Source of the DNA: Camelus dromedarius
Taxonomy: Eukaryota
Length of the DNA stretch: 64,000 nucleotides
Reading direction: 5' to 3'
Assembly (NCBI RefSeq): GCF_036321535.1
Contig: NC_087436.1
Coordinates: 53,880,001 to 53,944,000 of the forward strand
The notes under the pieces were generated by a model that worked only from the letters and a program-made list of their open reading frames with translations, ran no database searches and had not been told where the DNA came from. Position numbers and translations under genes: made by a program. Below are positions 63,161 to 64,000 of this stretch, piece by piece. Position 1 is the stretch's first letter, and each line of letters starts with the position of its first letter.

Positions 63161-64000
63161 TGTCGCTCTCCTGTGGTTTTTGTCTGGCTTTTGTTCAGCC
63201 CTGCCCGCCCACATCACCACCTACTGAGCCAACGGCTGTTTCCTTAGCACCTACCTGCTGCCCAAGGAGGAGTGAGCTTTCTAAATGAACAAATGACCTG
63301 GGCTGCCTTCTGCTTGAAATGCCTTCAGATTCAATCCCGGCCCTGCCCTGCCAACCACTTAGTCTCCTCTGCCCACGTGTCACACTTGCACATAGACCCC
63401 TCAGTGGTCCAGGTCCTGCCACTCTGTCTCCGCACTTGCTGACGGGACCTTCTGCCCCTTCCCTCTGCACCCCCATAACACACATGCCGATACCTCTGCC
63501 CAGCACTCTCCTGCTTACTTACCTGACTCCCCTCTGAACCAGCACCTAAGGGCGTCTCCATACGTTCACTTAGTGACCCGTGACTAACACAGCACCTGGC
63601 ATCTCTCAGGTGATCCCCATGAGACCCTTTGCTCAATAACTGAATGAGCTGTATATCTCTGAACCCCTGGAACATGGTGATCACCTGCCACTAGGGCTAG
63701 ACTTCAATGTTTTTCACTTTAGTTTATAGGGACACCACGATCAGAGTCTCTATTACATATTTCAGTTTAAACTTCTCACTTGGGAACATTCCTGAGTCTA
63801 CCTCTCATCTTTTGAACATGCAAGTGAAAATGGGAGTGGCCAGGAACACGCCGGACTTCTGAAAAGTGACGCTTGCAAGGGGCTGTGTTTCCTCGTTCAG
63901 AGAGGCAGCCGTTCCCACCGGGCAGCGAGGCGCTTCCCTGGCCTGAGACGGTGCCCGCGAGGAGCTGTGGCACGGCAGGCCTCCCTGTCAGCTGCCTGGT

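Overview
This is mammalian non-coding DNA, very probably from a camelid (alpaca, llama or camel). The evidence is five copies of a tRNA-Ala-derived SINE matching my recollection of the Camelidae Vic-1 element, together with cetartiodactyl-type L1 3' ends. I recognise no protein-coding exon, RNA gene or CRISPR array. The ORF track looks like noise apart from L1 ORF2 C-terminal remnants. The window is a mosaic of old pan-mammalian repeats (L2, MIR, L3/CR1, L1M, MLT1 and LTR33-like LTRs, MER5/20/33/91/104, Charlie-type MITEs), younger L1 and Vic-1 insertions with target-site duplications (TSDs), and repeat-poor stretches carrying many AP-1 and ETS motifs. The SINE, LTR and L1 orientation bias suggests one large intron of a gene transcribed on the + strand, but I cannot name the gene. 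The best-supported oddities are a diverged ~592-bp tandem duplication (46507-47695), a four-element nested transposon stack (50420-51395), atypical Vic-1 insertion structures, an inverted L1 pair, and a few candidate micro-exons. I found no support for a novel biological system. Repeat family names come from remembered consensus sequences, and boundaries without TSDs are approximate.
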